A DNA stretch of 64,000 nt from contig NC_000964.3 in assembly GCF_000009045.1 (NCBI RefSeq), positions 1,674,001 through 1,738,000 on the forward strand, written 5' to 3'. Both the position numbers and the translations under genes were made by a program. Positions 40,855-53,132 of the stretch are shown in pieces. This stretch comes from Bacillus subtilis subsp. subtilis str. 168. GTDB lineage: Bacteria; Bacillota; Bacilli; Bacillales; Bacillaceae. Numbering within the stretch: the stretch's first letter is position 1; every line of letters starts with the position of its first letter. The notes under the pieces are model-generated. The model did not search any database. It had not been told where the DNA came from and saw nothing but the letters and a program-made list of their open reading frames with translations.

Positions 40855-41325
40855 ATGACTGCAGAAATTAAAACAGGCGAAAAAATGATAGTCTTTATGG
40901 TAAATGGCAAAGAATATGCCATTTCCGTCACTCAGGTGAAATCAATTGAAAAATGGCAAAAGCCAACGAGGGTACCTGGCGTCGAACCATATATTTGCGG
41001 GGTAATCAATTTACGCGGGGTGGTGACTCCGGTTATTGATTTAAGAAAACGCCTGAATTTGCCAGAGTATGAAATTACAGATGAAACACGAATTATCATT
41101 ATTGCTTATCGTGATATTGAAGTCGGCTGGATTGTGGATGAAGCGAATGATGTGATTACCGTACACGAAAGTGAAATAGAATCTGCTCCAGAAGGCGTTC
41201 AGAAAGATACGGATGTGTCGATCGAACAGATTGTGAAACAAGAGAACAGACTCTTAAATATTATTGATGCGAACGCGGTTTTGGATAAAGAATCATCTCA
41301 GTCCGCTGTGCCCGATCAAGCTTAA
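40855..41325 (+). CDS. cheW: Chemotaxis coupling protein CheW (156 aa)
   Basis: TRVPGV...GVINLRGVVTPVIDL; ATG 40855 after GAGGAGG. Confidence 0.98.
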   Translation: MTAEIKTGEKMIVFMVNGKEYAISVTQVKSIEKWQKPTRVPGVEPYICGVINLRGVVTPVIDLRKRLNLPEYEITDETRIIIIAYRDIEVGWIVDEANDVITVHESEIESAPEGVQKDTDVSIEQIVKQENRLLNIIDANAVLDKESSQSAVPDQA

Positions 41326-41343
41326 TCTTAAAGGGGTTATGAC

Positions 41344-41973
41344 ATGAGTATTTTTAATGGAATCAAAGAAGAGCAGATGGACATTTTGCGGGAAGTCGGC
41401 AATATAGGCGCCGGCCACTCCGCCTCTGCAATGGCCCAGCTGTTAAATAGAAAGATAGATATGGAAGTCCCATTTGCAAAGCTGCTGTCTTTTGATGAGC
41501 TTGTTGATTTTTTCGGCGGCGCCGATGTCCCGGTTGCCAGCATCTTTTTAAGAATGGAAGGCGATTTAACGGGTTCAATGTTCTTTATAATGCCTTTTTT
41601 TCAGGCGGAGCAGTTTATCAGAGAGCTGATTGGAAACCCCGATTTTGACATAGAGGACTTAGGTGAAGACCACATGAGCTCATCCGCTTTGCATGAACTG
41701 GGCAATATTTTAGCGGGGTCATATTTAACAGCTTTGGCGGATTTGACGAAACTCCAGCTCTATCCAAGTGTTCCTGAAGTCTCATTGGACATGTTCGGAG
41801 CTGTGATCAGCGAAGGGCTGATGGAGCTCAGTCAGGTTGGAGAACACGCCATTGTTGTCGACACGTCAATTTTTGACCAAAGCCATCAGCAGGAGCTGAA
41901 AGCGCATATGTTTATGCTGCCGGACTATGATTCATTTGAAAAGCTCTTTGTCGCCTTAGGTGCATCATTATGA
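41344..41973 (+). CDS. cheC: CheY-P phosphatase CheC
   Basis: Duplicated ExGN motifs (EVGNIGAG, ELGNILAG). Confidence 0.97.
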   Translation: MSIFNGIKEEQMDILREVGNIGAGHSASAMAQLLNRKIDMEVPFAKLLSFDELVDFFGGADVPVASIFLRMEGDLTGSMFFIMPFFQAEQFIRELIGNPDFDIEDLGEDHMSSSALHELGNILAGSYLTALADLTKLQLYPSVPEVSLDMFGAVISEGLMELSQVGEHAIVVDTSIFDQSHQQELKAHMFMLPDYDSFEKLFVALGASL

Positions 41974-42470
41974 GTACAACTGAGGCTGTTGTTATAAAGG
42001 TTGGGATTGCTGACGTGAAGATCGCCCGCTTCCCGGATACCATCCGGACCTCTGGTTTGGGCTCATGTGTGGGGCTGGTGCTTTATGATAAAGAAAAGCA
42101 AACGGCGGGTCTTGTTCATGTCATGCTTCCGGATTCGACGTTATCGAAAACTGCCGAGCTCAACCGGGCTAAGTACGCTGACACCGCCGTACAGACCACG
42201 ATTGATATGCTGATAGAAGCGGGATGCCGGAAATTTGCATTAAAAGCAAAGCTGGCCGGCGGATCAGAGATGTTTAAATTTAAATCGACAAATGATTTGA
42301 TGAAGATCGGACCGAGAAATGTATTAGCGATAAAAGAACAGCTGTCTTTATTTAATATTCCTATTATTAGTGAAGATACGGGCGGCTCAAGCGGCCGGAC
42401 GATAGAATTTGAACCGAAGTCCTGCATGCTGCATATTCGAACTGTTAAACAAGGTGAAAAAACGATTTAA
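41970..42470 (+). CDS. cheD: Chemoreceptor glutamine deamidase CheD
   Basis: GLGSCVG (catalytic Cys), HVMLP and KLAGG; ATGA overlap with cheC. Confidence 0.98.
   Translation: MSTTEAVVIKVGIADVKIARFPDTIRTSGLGSCVGLVLYDKEKQTAGLVHVMLPDSTLSKTAELNRAKYADTAVQTTIDMLIEAGCRKFALKAKLAGGSEMFKFKSTNDLMKIGPRNVLAIKEQLSLFNIPIISEDTGGSSGRTIEFEPKSCMLHIRTVKQGEKTI
42409..42437 (+). promoter_or_regulatory. Candidate internal SigA promoter for sigD inside cheD
   Basis: TTGAAC(42409-14)-17 bp-CATATT(42432-37); a minor sigD promoter is known but I cannot confirm this is it. Confidence 0.3.
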
Positions 42471-42492
42471 TTAAGGTATTAGGGGGATAACA

Positions 42493-43257
42493 ATGCAATC
42501 CTTGAATTATGAAGATCAGGTGCTTTGGACGCGCTGGAAAGAGTGGAAAGATCCTAAAGCCGGTGACGACTTAATGCGCCGTTACATGCCGCTTGTCACA
42601 TATCATGTAGGCAGAATTTCTGTCGGACTGCCGAAATCAGTGCATAAAGACGATCTTATGAGCCTTGGTATGCTTGGTTTATATGATGCCCTTGAAAAAT
42701 TTGACCCCAGCCGGGACTTAAAATTTGATACCTACGCCTCGTTTAGAATTCGCGGCGCAATCATAGACGGGCTTCGTAAAGAAGATTGGCTGCCCAGAAC
42801 CTCGCGCGAAAAAACAAAAAAGGTTGAAGCAGCAATTGAAAAGCTTGAACAGCGGTATCTTCGGAATGTATCGCCCGCGGAAATTGCAGAGGAACTCGGA
42901 ATGACGGTACAGGATGTCGTGTCAACAATGAATGAAGGTTTTTTTGCAAATCTGCTGTCAATTGATGAAAAGCTCCATGATCAAGATGACGGGGAAAACA
43001 TTCAAGTCATGATCAGAGATGACAAAAATGTTCCGCCTGAAGAAAAGATTATGAAGGATGAACTGATTGCACAGCTTGCGGAAAAAATTCACGAACTCTC
43101 TGAAAAAGAACAGCTGGTTGTCAGTTTGTTCTACAAAGAGGAGTTGACACTGACAGAAATCGGACAAGTATTAAATCTTTCTACGTCCCGCATATCTCAG
43201 ATCCATTCAAAGGCATTATTTAAATTAAAGAATCTGCTGGAAAAAGTGATACAATAA
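42493..43257 (+). CDS. sigD: Flagellar sigma factor SigD (sigma-28)
   Basis: KFDTYASFRIRGAIIDGLRKEDW; region 4 LTEIGQVLNLSTSRISQIH. Confidence 0.99.
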   Translation: MQSLNYEDQVLWTRWKEWKDPKAGDDLMRRYMPLVTYHVGRISVGLPKSVHKDDLMSLGMLGLYDALEKFDPSRDLKFDTYASFRIRGAIIDGLRKEDWLPRTSREKTKKVEAAIEKLEQRYLRNVSPAEIAEELGMTVQDVVSTMNEGFFANLLSIDEKLHDQDDGENIQVMIRDDKNVPPEEKIMKDELIAQLAEKIHELSEKEQLVVSLFYKEELTLTEIGQVLNLSTSRISQIHSKALFKLKNLLEKVIQ

Positions 43258-43285
43258 TGAATTTCATGGTTAGCGAGTGAAAAAC

Positions 43286-43789
43286 ATGTCAACACTATTA
43301 TGGCTTTTAAGCTTTATGCTCCACGGCGTTCTTCTGTACGCTGTCATTATCCTGTATACGAGGCTCGCTGCAGTGAAAGAAACAGAAAAACAGCAAAAAC
43401 AGATACTTGAAGAGACGGAAAACACCTTGGCGGCATTTCTGCTTGAATTAAAAGAAGAAAATGAGAAACTGATAGAAAATAAAGCTTCATCTGCAAGTCA
43501 ATCAGATGAAGAATCCCAAAAGTCAGGCCTTCAGACCTCTGAAACATATCAAGAGCGGGATCCAGTCCAAGAGGCAGAGAATCTTCCTGAACATATTGAA
43601 GGTCTGATTACAGAGGTTGACCGTCGGGAAGAGCTCGTAAACAGTGAGGTCCAATCATTTGAAGACCAGGTCATAGAATTATATGAACAGGGATATTCGG
43701 CAAGTCAAATTGCCCAGAAAATGAAGAGCGGAAAGACAGAAATCGAGCTATTTTTAAAATTTCGCTCCAAAGGTGTAAAGGATTCTTGA
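43286..43789 (+). CDS. swrB: SwrB (YlxL), membrane-anchored swarming protein (167 aa)
   Basis: N-terminal TM helix, coiled coil, HTH-like C-terminus; last gene of fla/che. Confidence 0.9.
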   Translation: MSTLLWLLSFMLHGVLLYAVIILYTRLAAVKETEKQQKQILEETENTLAAFLLELKEENEKLIENKASSASQSDEESQKSGLQTSETYQERDPVQEAENLPEHIEGLITEVDRREELVNSEVQSFEDQVIELYEQGYSASQIAQKMKSGKTEIELFLKFRSKGVKDS

Positions 43790-43814
43790 TTGTCGGATAA
43801 AGCTGTGTTATATT
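43786..43814 (+). promoter_or_regulatory. SigA promoter of rpsB-tsf
   Basis: TTGATT(43786-91)-17 bp-TATATT(43809-14) with extended TG at 43806-07; the -35 overlaps the swrB stop codon. Confidence 0.75.
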
Positions 43815-43820
43815 ATGTCT

Positions 43821-44673
<853 letters not shown>

Positions 44674-44680
44674 CCTATTC

Positions 44681-44719
44681 AAAAGGTGATAAGAGGGACT
44701 GCCTTTTATCACCTTTTTT
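44681..44719 (+). terminator. Intrinsic terminator/attenuator between rpsB and tsf
   Basis: AAAAGGTGATAAGAGG-GACTG-CCTTTTATCACCTTTT plus T run. Confidence 0.85.
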
Positions 44720-44774
44720 CAAGAAAAATGTGTAATATACATACTCTTGTTTAAACATATAAGGAGGAATACAA

Positions 44775-45656
44775 ATGGCAATTACTGCACAGCAAGTAAA
44801 AGAACTGCGTGAAAAAACTGGCGCGGGCATGATGGATTGTAAAAAAGCGTTAACTGAAACTGACGGAGATATGGACAAAGCAATTGACCTTTTAAGAGAA
44901 AAAGGAATTGCAAAAGCAGCGAAAAAAGCTGACCGTATCGCAGCAGAAGGTTCTACTCTTATTAAAACTGACGGCAACAAAGGCGTTATCCTAGAAGTAA
45001 ACTCTGAAACTGATTTCGTTGCGAAAAACGAAGGTTTTAAAGAGCTTCTTAACACTTTAGCTGACCACCTTCTTGCAAACACGCCAGCTGATGTTGAAGA
45101 AGCAATGGGCCAAAAAATGGAAAATGGCTCAACTGTTGAAGAGTACATCACAAGCGCAGTTGCTAAAATCGGTGAGAAAATCACTCTTCGCCGCTTTACA
45201 GTTCTTACAAAAGACGACAGCTCTGCATTCGGTGCGTACCTTCACATGGGCGGCCGCATCGGTGTATTAACTGTTCTCAACGGTACAACTGATGAAGAAA
45301 CTGCGAAAGATATCGCAATGCACGTTGCTGCAGTTAACCCTCGTTACATTTCTCGTGATCAAGTATCTGAAGAAGAAACAAATCATGAGCGTCAAATCTT
45401 AACTCAGCAAGCCCTCCAAGAAGGCAAACCTGAAAACATCGTAGCGAAAATGGTTGAAGGCCGTCTGAACAAATTCTTCGAAGAAATTTGTCTATTAGAC
45501 CAAGCGTTCGTTAAAAACCCAGATGAAAAAGTGAAACAAGTTATTGCAGCGAAAAACGCTACTGTTCAAACTTTTGTCCGCTATGAAGTTGGAGAAGGCA
45601 TCGAAAAACGTCAAGAAAACTTTGCTGAAGAAGTAATGAACCAAGTGAAAAAATAA
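44775..45656 (+). CDS. tsf: Elongation factor Ts
   Basis: [19 protein letters not shown] and EVNSETDFV. Confidence 0.99.
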   Translation: MAITAQQVKELREKTGAGMMDCKKALTETDGDMDKAIDLLREKGIAKAAKKADRIAAEGSTLIKTDGNKGVILEVNSETDFVAKNEGFKELLNTLADHLLANTPADVEEAMGQKMENGSTVEEYITSAVAKIGEKITLRRFTVLTKDDSSAFGAYLHMGGRIGVLTVLNGTTDEETAKDIAMHVAAVNPRYISRDQVSEEETNHERQILTQQALQEGKPENIVAKMVEGRLNKFFEEICLLDQAFVKNPDEKVKQVIAAKNATVQTFVRYEVGEGIEKRQENFAEEVMNQVKK

Positions 45657-45660
45657 TGGT

Positions 45661-45730
45661 GAAAAGATTTCGCGGCTAAGTCGCGTCTTTTCAGGCAGTA
45701 TAGGGGACACATTTTGTGTTCCCTATTTTT
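45661..45730 (+). terminator. Tandem hairpins after tsf; the second is an intrinsic terminator
   Basis: GAAAAGA..CGCGGC-TAA-GTCGCG-TCTTTTC (45661-92), then ATAGGGGACACA-TTT-TGTGTTCCCTAT-TTTT (45700-30). Confidence 0.85.
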
Positions 45731-45739
45731 AAAACTATA

Positions 45740-45768
45740 TTTACAAACCTTTTTTTCTCTTGCATAAT
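45740..45768 (+). promoter_or_regulatory. SigA promoter of pyrH-frr
   Basis: TTTACA(45740-45)-17 bp-CATAAT(45763-68). Confidence 0.6.
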
Positions 45769-45801
45769 AGAAAACGGCAATGTTTACACTTGGAGGTTAT
45801 C

Positions 45802-46524
45802 ATGGAAAAACCAAAATACAAACGTATCGTATTAAAGCTTAGCGGGGAAGCATTGGCAGGAGAACAGGGAAATGGAATTAACCCGACTGTCATTCAATCC
45901 ATTGCAAAGCAAGTGAAGGAAATCGCTGAGCTTGAAGTCGAAGTGGCTGTTGTTGTAGGCGGCGGCAACTTATGGCGCGGAAAAACAGGAAGTGACCTGG
46001 GCATGGACCGCGCGACTGCTGACTATATGGGAATGCTGGCGACAGTAATGAATTCGCTTGCTCTTCAAGACAGCTTGGAAACACTCGGAATCCAGTCCAG
46101 AGTGCAAACATCCATTGAAATGAGACAAGTTGCTGAACCGTACATAAGAAGAAAAGCGATACGCCACTTAGAGAAAAAACGTGTCGTTATTTTCGCTGCG
46201 GGCACAGGAAACCCATATTTCTCAACTGATACGACAGCTGCACTGCGGGCTGCTGAAATTGAGGCAGACGTTATTTTAATGGCTAAAAATAACGTTGACG
46301 GTGTGTATAATGCTGATCCTAGAAAAGATGAATCAGCTGTTAAGTATGAATCACTTTCTTATCTTGACGTTCTTAAAGACGGCCTGGAAGTCATGGATTC
46401 AACAGCTTCCTCTTTATGCATGGACAATGACATTCCGCTTATCGTCTTTTCTATTATGGAAGAAGGAAATATCAAACGTGCCGTTATCGGTGAATCAATC
46501 GGAACGATCGTGAGGGGGAAATAA
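45802..46524 (+). CDS. pyrH: Uridylate kinase (240 aa)
   Basis: [17 protein letters not shown] and [11 protein letters not shown]; ATG 45802 after GGAGG. Confidence 0.99.
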
Positions 46525-46525
46525 C

Positions 46526-47083
46526 GTGTCAAAAGAAGTATTAACTCAAACAAAAGAAAAAATGGAAAAAGCAATTGCTGCTTATCAGCGCGAATTGGCT
46601 ACTGTACGCGCAGGCCGTGCAAATCCATCATTATTAGATAAAGTAACGGTTGAATATTACGGAGCGCAGACACCTTTAAATCAGTTGTCTTCTATTAACG
46701 TGCCTGAAGCTCGTATGCTCGTTATCACGCCATACGATAAAACAGCAATCGGTGATATCGAAAAAGCGATTTTAAAAGCTGATTTAGGTCTTACACCAAC
46801 AAGTGACGGCAATATGATTCGAATTGCAATTCCGGCACTAACAGAAGAGAGACGGAAAGAATTAGTGAAAGTTGTAAAAAAATATGCTGAAGAAGCAAAA
46901 GTAGCTGTTCGTAACGTTCGCCGTGATGCTAACGATGATCTCAAAAAACTTGAGAAAAACGGAGACATTACTGAGGATGAACTGCGTGCTTCCACTGAAG
47001 ACGTTCAAAAACTGACAGATGAATATGTGTCAAAAATTGACAGTGTCACAAAAGACAAAGAAAAAGAAATCATGGAAGTTTAA
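46526..47083 (+). CDS. frr: Ribosome recycling factor
   Basis: [24 protein letters not shown] and [10 protein letters not shown]; GTG start. Confidence 0.99.
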   Translation: MSKEVLTQTKEKMEKAIAAYQRELATVRAGRANPSLLDKVTVEYYGAQTPLNQLSSINVPEARMLVITPYDKTAIGDIEKAILKADLGLTPTSDGNMIRIAIPALTEERRKELVKVVKKYAEEAKVAVRNVRRDANDDLKKLEKNGDITEDELRASTEDVQKLTDEYVSKIDSVTKDKEKEIMEV

Positions 47084-47112
47084 TGAAAAACTATGTACAA
47101 TAGATAATAGTG

Positions 47113-47147
47113 AAAAGACCCTCTCATGTTTACAGGGGGTTTTTTTG
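47113..47147 (+). terminator. Intrinsic terminator after frr
   Basis: AAAAGACCCTCT-CATGTTTAC-AGGGGGTTTTTT. Confidence 0.85.
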
Positions 47148-47213
47148 TTAATACTGTTGATTACATTGATTATCAGCAGGGAATGTAACCTTTTTGGGTG
47201 ACGGAGGAATCTC

Positions 47214-47996
47214 ATGCTCAACATACTCAAAAATTGGAAGAATCAGCAAACTGCGGCTTCCAACTTAGAACGTTATACAAAAGAAGACATACTTAAGGGA
47301 GAAATTCCCGAACACATCGCCATTATCATGGATGGAAATGGCCGTTGGGCTAAAAAACGCTCTCTTCCCAGAATTGCAGGCCACCATGAAGGGATGAAGG
47401 TGGTAAAAAGGACCACGAAGCTCGCAAACGAATTAGGTGTCAAAGTACTGACATTGTATGCATTTTCAACAGAAAACTGGAAAAGACCGAAAATGGAGGT
47501 CGATTTTTTAATGAAGCTTCCGGAAGAATTTTTGAATACGTATCTTCCAGAGCTTGTTGAGGAAAATGTACAGGTTCGGATCATTGGGGATGAAACGGCT
47601 TTGCCGGCGCACACATTACGTGCGATTGAAAAAGCTGTACAGGACACGGCGCAAAACGACGGAATGATCCTTAATTTTGCTCTTAACTATGGAGGCCGTA
47701 CTGAAATTGTCAGTGCTGCAAAATCACTCGCGGAAAAAGTGAAGGAAGGCTCTTTGAATATTGAAGACATTGATGAATCGCTTTTTTCTACTTATTTGAT
47801 GACTGAATCTTTGCAGGATCCTGAACTTTTAATTCGAACGAGCGGCGAGATAAGGCTGAGTAATTTTATGCTATGGCAGGTTGCCTACAGTGAATTTGTC
47901 TTTACTGACGTCTTGTGGCCTGACTTTAAAGAAGATCACTTCTTGCAGGCGTTAGGAGAGTTTCAGCAGAGAGGCCGGAGGTTTGGCGGAATTTAG
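47214..47996 (+). CDS. uppS: Undecaprenyl diphosphate synthase
   Basis: HIAIIMDGNGRW, FSTENWKRP and IRTSGEIRLSNFMLWQ. Confidence 0.99.
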   Translation: MLNILKNWKNQQTAASNLERYTKEDILKGEIPEHIAIIMDGNGRWAKKRSLPRIAGHHEGMKVVKRTTKLANELGVKVLTLYAFSTENWKRPKMEVDFLMKLPEEFLNTYLPELVEENVQVRIIGDETALPAHTLRAIEKAVQDTAQNDGMILNFALNYGGRTEIVSAAKSLAEKVKEGSLNIEDIDESLFSTYLMTESLQDPELLIRTSGEIRLSNFMLWQVAYSEFVFTDVLWPDFKEDHFLQALGEFQQRGRRFGGI

Positions 47997-47999
47997 AGG

Positions 48000-48809
48000 A
48001 TGGTGGACATGAAACAAAGAATTTTGACAGGTGTTCTGGCAGCAATTGTATTTTTATTTTTGGTTATTGTCGGGAAATTGCCGTTCACCATATTAATTTA
48101 TGCTATGGGCAGTGTGGCGCTTTTTGAACTTTTACGGATGAAAAAGCTGAAGCTGGTTTCACTGCCGGGTTTGATCGGTCTTTTATTATTGTGGATGTTC
48201 TTATTACCAAGCCAGTATTCGTTTTTTGAAGCGGACGGGATTTCCAAAATGGAAATCGCTTTATTTGCGGTACTGCTATTGCTGACTTACACAGTGTTGG
48301 TCAAGAACACCTTTACTTTTGATGAAGTCGGGTTTATTACGCTTGCAGCAATTTACATCGGAATGTGTTTTCATTATTTTATCGAAATCAGAAATCTTGA
48401 CCAATACGGATTAACATACATTTTTTATGCGTGTGTTGTCATTTGGTCCACCGATTCCGGTGCCTATTTTGTCGGTAAATCGCTTGGGAAGCGGAAACTG
48501 TGGCCTGAAATCAGTCCGAATAAAACAGTGGAAGGGTTTGCAGGCGGAATTGTCATCGCACTTGTATTGGCGACGATTTTTCAGCTTGTTGCACAACTTC
48601 CGATCCCGTATATCTATCTGCTGTTGATCACGCTGTTTTTGTCTGTTTTTGGACAACTGGGAGATTTAGTGGAATCCGCCTTGAAAAGACATTACGATGT
48701 AAAGGATTCTGGGAATATTCTTCCCGGGCATGGCGGTATATTAGACCGTTTTGACAGTTTCTTGTTTGTCATGCCTTTCTTGTACTTTCTGCTTGCCCTT
48801 TTTTCATAA
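48000..48809 (+). CDS. cdsA: Phosphatidate cytidylyltransferase (start may be ATG 48009)
   Basis: SPNKTVEG and KDSGNILPGHGGILDRFDS. Confidence 0.97.
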   Translation: MVDMKQRILTGVLAAIVFLFLVIVGKLPFTILIYAMGSVALFELLRMKKLKLVSLPGLIGLLLLWMFLLPSQYSFFEADGISKMEIALFAVLLLLTYTVLVKNTFTFDEVGFITLAAIYIGMCFHYFIEIRNLDQYGLTYIFYACVVIWSTDSGAYFVGKSLGKRKLWPEISPNKTVEGFAGGIVIALVLATIFQLVAQLPIPYIYLLLITLFLSVFGQLGDLVESALKRHYDVKDSGNILPGHGGILDRFDSFLFVMPFLYFLLALFS

Positions 48810-48870
48810 AAAAGTCTAATATGAATATGAGACTGATCATGCAGCAATAAGAATAGGAGTAGTGGCAACT

Positions 48871-50022
48871 TTGAAAAATATTTGTCTTTTAGGAGCAACA
48901 GGATCAATCGGCGAACAGACTCTTGATGTACTGCGTGCACATCAAGACCAATTTCAGCTGGTATCTATGTCGTTTGGCAGAAATATTGATAAGGCCGTTC
49001 CAATGATTGAGGTCTTTCAGCCGAAGTTTGTCTCTGTCGGTGATCTGGATACATATCATAAATTAAAACAAATGTCTTTTTCTTTTGAATGCCAAATCGG
49101 GCTGGGAGAAGAAGGACTGATAGAAGCAGCAGTGATGGAGGAGGTTGACATTGTTGTCAACGCTTTGCTTGGAAGCGTCGGTCTTATCCCGACATTAAAG
49201 GCAATTGAACAGAAAAAAACAATTGCGCTTGCAAATAAGGAAACTCTTGTCACTGCAGGGCATATAGTAAAAGAACATGCTAAGAAATATGATGTTCCGC
49301 TGCTGCCTGTTGACAGTGAGCATTCAGCCATTTTTCAAGCTCTTCAAGGCGAACAGGCTAAAAACATTGAACGCCTCATCATTACGGCATCCGGCGGAAG
49401 TTTTCGGGACAAGACGCGGGAGGAGCTCGAATCAGTAACGGTTGAAGATGCATTAAAACATCCAAACTGGTCAATGGGTGCAAAAATTACAATTGATTCG
49501 GCTACAATGATGAATAAGGGATTAGAGGTGATCGAGGCACACTGGCTTTTCGATATACCTTATGAACAAATTGATGTGGTTTTACATAAGGAGAGCATCA
49601 TCCATTCAATGGTTGAGTTCCATGATAAAAGTGTGATCGCACAGCTCGGAACTCCGGATATGAGAGTCCCCATTCAATATGCGCTCACTTATCCTGACCG
49701 ATTGCCATTACCAGATGCGAAAAGGCTTGAATTATGGGAAATCGGCAGCCTTCATTTTGAGAAAGCTGATTTTGACAGGTTCCGATGCTTACAATTTGCT
49801 TTTGAATCAGGTAAAATAGGAGGAACAATGCCGACAGTGCTAAATGCGGCAAACGAAGTAGCTGTCGCTGCCTTTTTAGCTGGCAAGATACCGTTTTTGG
49901 CTATTGAAGACTGTATCGAAAAGGCACTAACCCGCCATCAATTACTGAAAAAACCGAGCCTGGCGGACATTCAAGAAGTGGACAAAGATACCCGGGGATA
50001 CGTCAATTCAATACTCACATAA
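48871..50022 (+). CDS. dxr: 1-deoxy-D-xylulose 5-phosphate reductoisomerase (383 aa)
   Basis: [23 protein letters not shown] and [11 protein letters not shown]; TTG 48871 after TAGGAG. Confidence 0.98.
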   Translation: MKNICLLGATGSIGEQTLDVLRAHQDQFQLVSMSFGRNIDKAVPMIEVFQPKFVSVGDLDTYHKLKQMSFSFECQIGLGEEGLIEAAVMEEVDIVVNALLGSVGLIPTLKAIEQKKTIALANKETLVTAGHIVKEHAKKYDVPLLPVDSEHSAIFQALQGEQAKNIERLIITASGGSFRDKTREELESVTVEDALKHPNWSMGAKITIDSATMMNKGLEVIEAHWLFDIPYEQIDVVLHKESIIHSMVEFHDKSVIAQLGTPDMRVPIQYALTYPDRLPLPDAKRLELWEIGSLHFEKADFDRFRCLQFAFESGKIGGTMPTVLNAANEVAVAAFLAGKIPFLAIEDCIEKALTRHQLLKKPSLADIQEVDKDTRGYVNSILT

Positions 50023-50028
50023 GGTGGT

Positions 50029-51297
50029 ATGTTCGTGAATACAGTTATAGCGTTTATCATTATTTTCGGAACGCTCGTTTTCTTCCATGAACTGGGCCAT
50101 TTATTGCTAGCCCAAAGAGCGGGAATTCTCTGCCGTGAATTTGCGATCGGCTTCGGTCCAAAGATTTTTTCTTTCAAAAAAAATGAAACAGTTTATACGA
50201 TCAGGCTGCTTCCGGTCGGCGGATTTGTTCGTATGGCCGGCGAAGATCCGGAAATGATTGAGGTGAAACCCGGATACACGGTCGGGCTTCTGTTTAATAA
50301 GGAAGATCAAGTTGAGAAAGTCATCATCAATCAAAAGGAAAAATATCCGGATGCTTTAGTCATTGAAGTGGAAACAGCGGATCTAGAGCATGACATGAAG
50401 ATCACCGGTTATGAACAGGGGAAAGAGGACGAACTTTCCAGCTTTACTGTCAGCGAAACATCCTTTTTTATTGTAGACGGAGAAGAAGTGCAGATTGCGC
50501 CGTATAATCGCCAATTTGGTTCCAAACCTGTATGGCAGCGGATTAAAGCAATTGCTGCAGGGCCGATTATGAACTTTATTTTAGCTTACGTCATTTTAGT
50601 GATGCTTGGGCTGATTCAAGGCGTACCGTCAAATGAACCTATGCTCGGGCAGCTGACAGACAATGGACGGGCGGCTGAAGCAGGGCTAAAAGAAGGGGAT
50701 TATATCCAAAGCATTAACGGAGAGAAAATGAGGTCTTGGACTGACATTGTCTCCGCTGTAAAAGAAAACCCGGAGAAAGAAATGGACGTTGCAGTAAAAA
50801 GAGATAACAAAACGCTTCATATTTCGGTGACTCCGGAAGCTGTTAAAGATGAGAACAAAAAAACAATCGGACGTTTCGGTTCCTATGCGCCGACTGAAAA
50901 AGGCGTACTCTCAGCGGTTGCTTACGGCGCGACATCAACAGTTGATGTCACCAAAGCCATTTTAACCAATCTGAGCAAATTAGTAACAGGCCAATTTAAA
51001 CTCGATATGCTGTCAGGTCCTGTCGGCATATATGACATGACAGACCAAGTGGCGAAAACAGGGATCGTGAACTTATTTCAGTTTGCGGCGTTTTTAAGCA
51101 TTAACCTTGGGATTGTCAACCTGCTTCCGATTCCGGCACTTGACGGAGGAAGACTGTTGTTTCTATTTATTGAAGCGATTCGGGGCAAACCGATTAACAG
51201 GGAAAAAGAAGCATTTGTTGTGTTTATCGGAGTAGCTTTCTTAATGCTTCTTATGCTGGTTGTCACATGGAACGATATCCAGCGGCTGTTTTTGTAA
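50029..51297 (+). CDS. rasP: Site-2 intramembrane zinc metalloprotease RasP (RseP)
   Basis: HELGH, PDZ domain and NLLPIPALDGG. Confidence 0.98.
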   Translation: MFVNTVIAFIIIFGTLVFFHELGHLLLAQRAGILCREFAIGFGPKIFSFKKNETVYTIRLLPVGGFVRMAGEDPEMIEVKPGYTVGLLFNKEDQVEKVIINQKEKYPDALVIEVETADLEHDMKITGYEQGKEDELSSFTVSETSFFIVDGEEVQIAPYNRQFGSKPVWQRIKAIAAGPIMNFILAYVILVMLGLIQGVPSNEPMLGQLTDNGRAAEAGLKEGDYIQSINGEKMRSWTDIVSAVKENPEKEMDVAVKRDNKTLHISVTPEAVKDENKKTIGRFGSYAPTEKGVLSAVAYGATSTVDVTKAILTNLSKLVTGQFKLDMLSGPVGIYDMTDQVAKTGIVNLFQFAAFLSINLGIVNLLPIPALDGGRLLFLFIEAIRGKPINREKEAFVVFIGVAFLMLLMLVVTWNDIQRLFL

Positions 51298-51308
51298 ACG
51301 AAAAGTAA

Positions 51309-53024
<1,716 letters not shown>

Positions 53025-53069
53025 TCACCATAACGATTTATCAAAAAACATGTTAAAATAGAAATAATA

Positions 53070-53098
53070 GAAGGTACCTCATTGCCTGAGGTACCTTC
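53070..53098. repeat. Perfect 12-bp inverted repeat between proS and polC
   Basis: GAAGGTACCTCA-TTGCC-TGAGGTACCTTC; no immediate T run. Confidence 0.9.
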
Positions 53099-53132
53099 AC
53101 TTATGATGTTTTTAGGGAGGGATACTGTCTTA

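Noticed and set aside
44675-45184. 169-aa minus-strand ORF, and similar antisense ORFs such as 22089-22628, 53553-54035 and 60564-61028
   Set aside because: They lie opposite well-supported genes, have no SD or recognisable motifs, and are typical shadows of biased codon usage.
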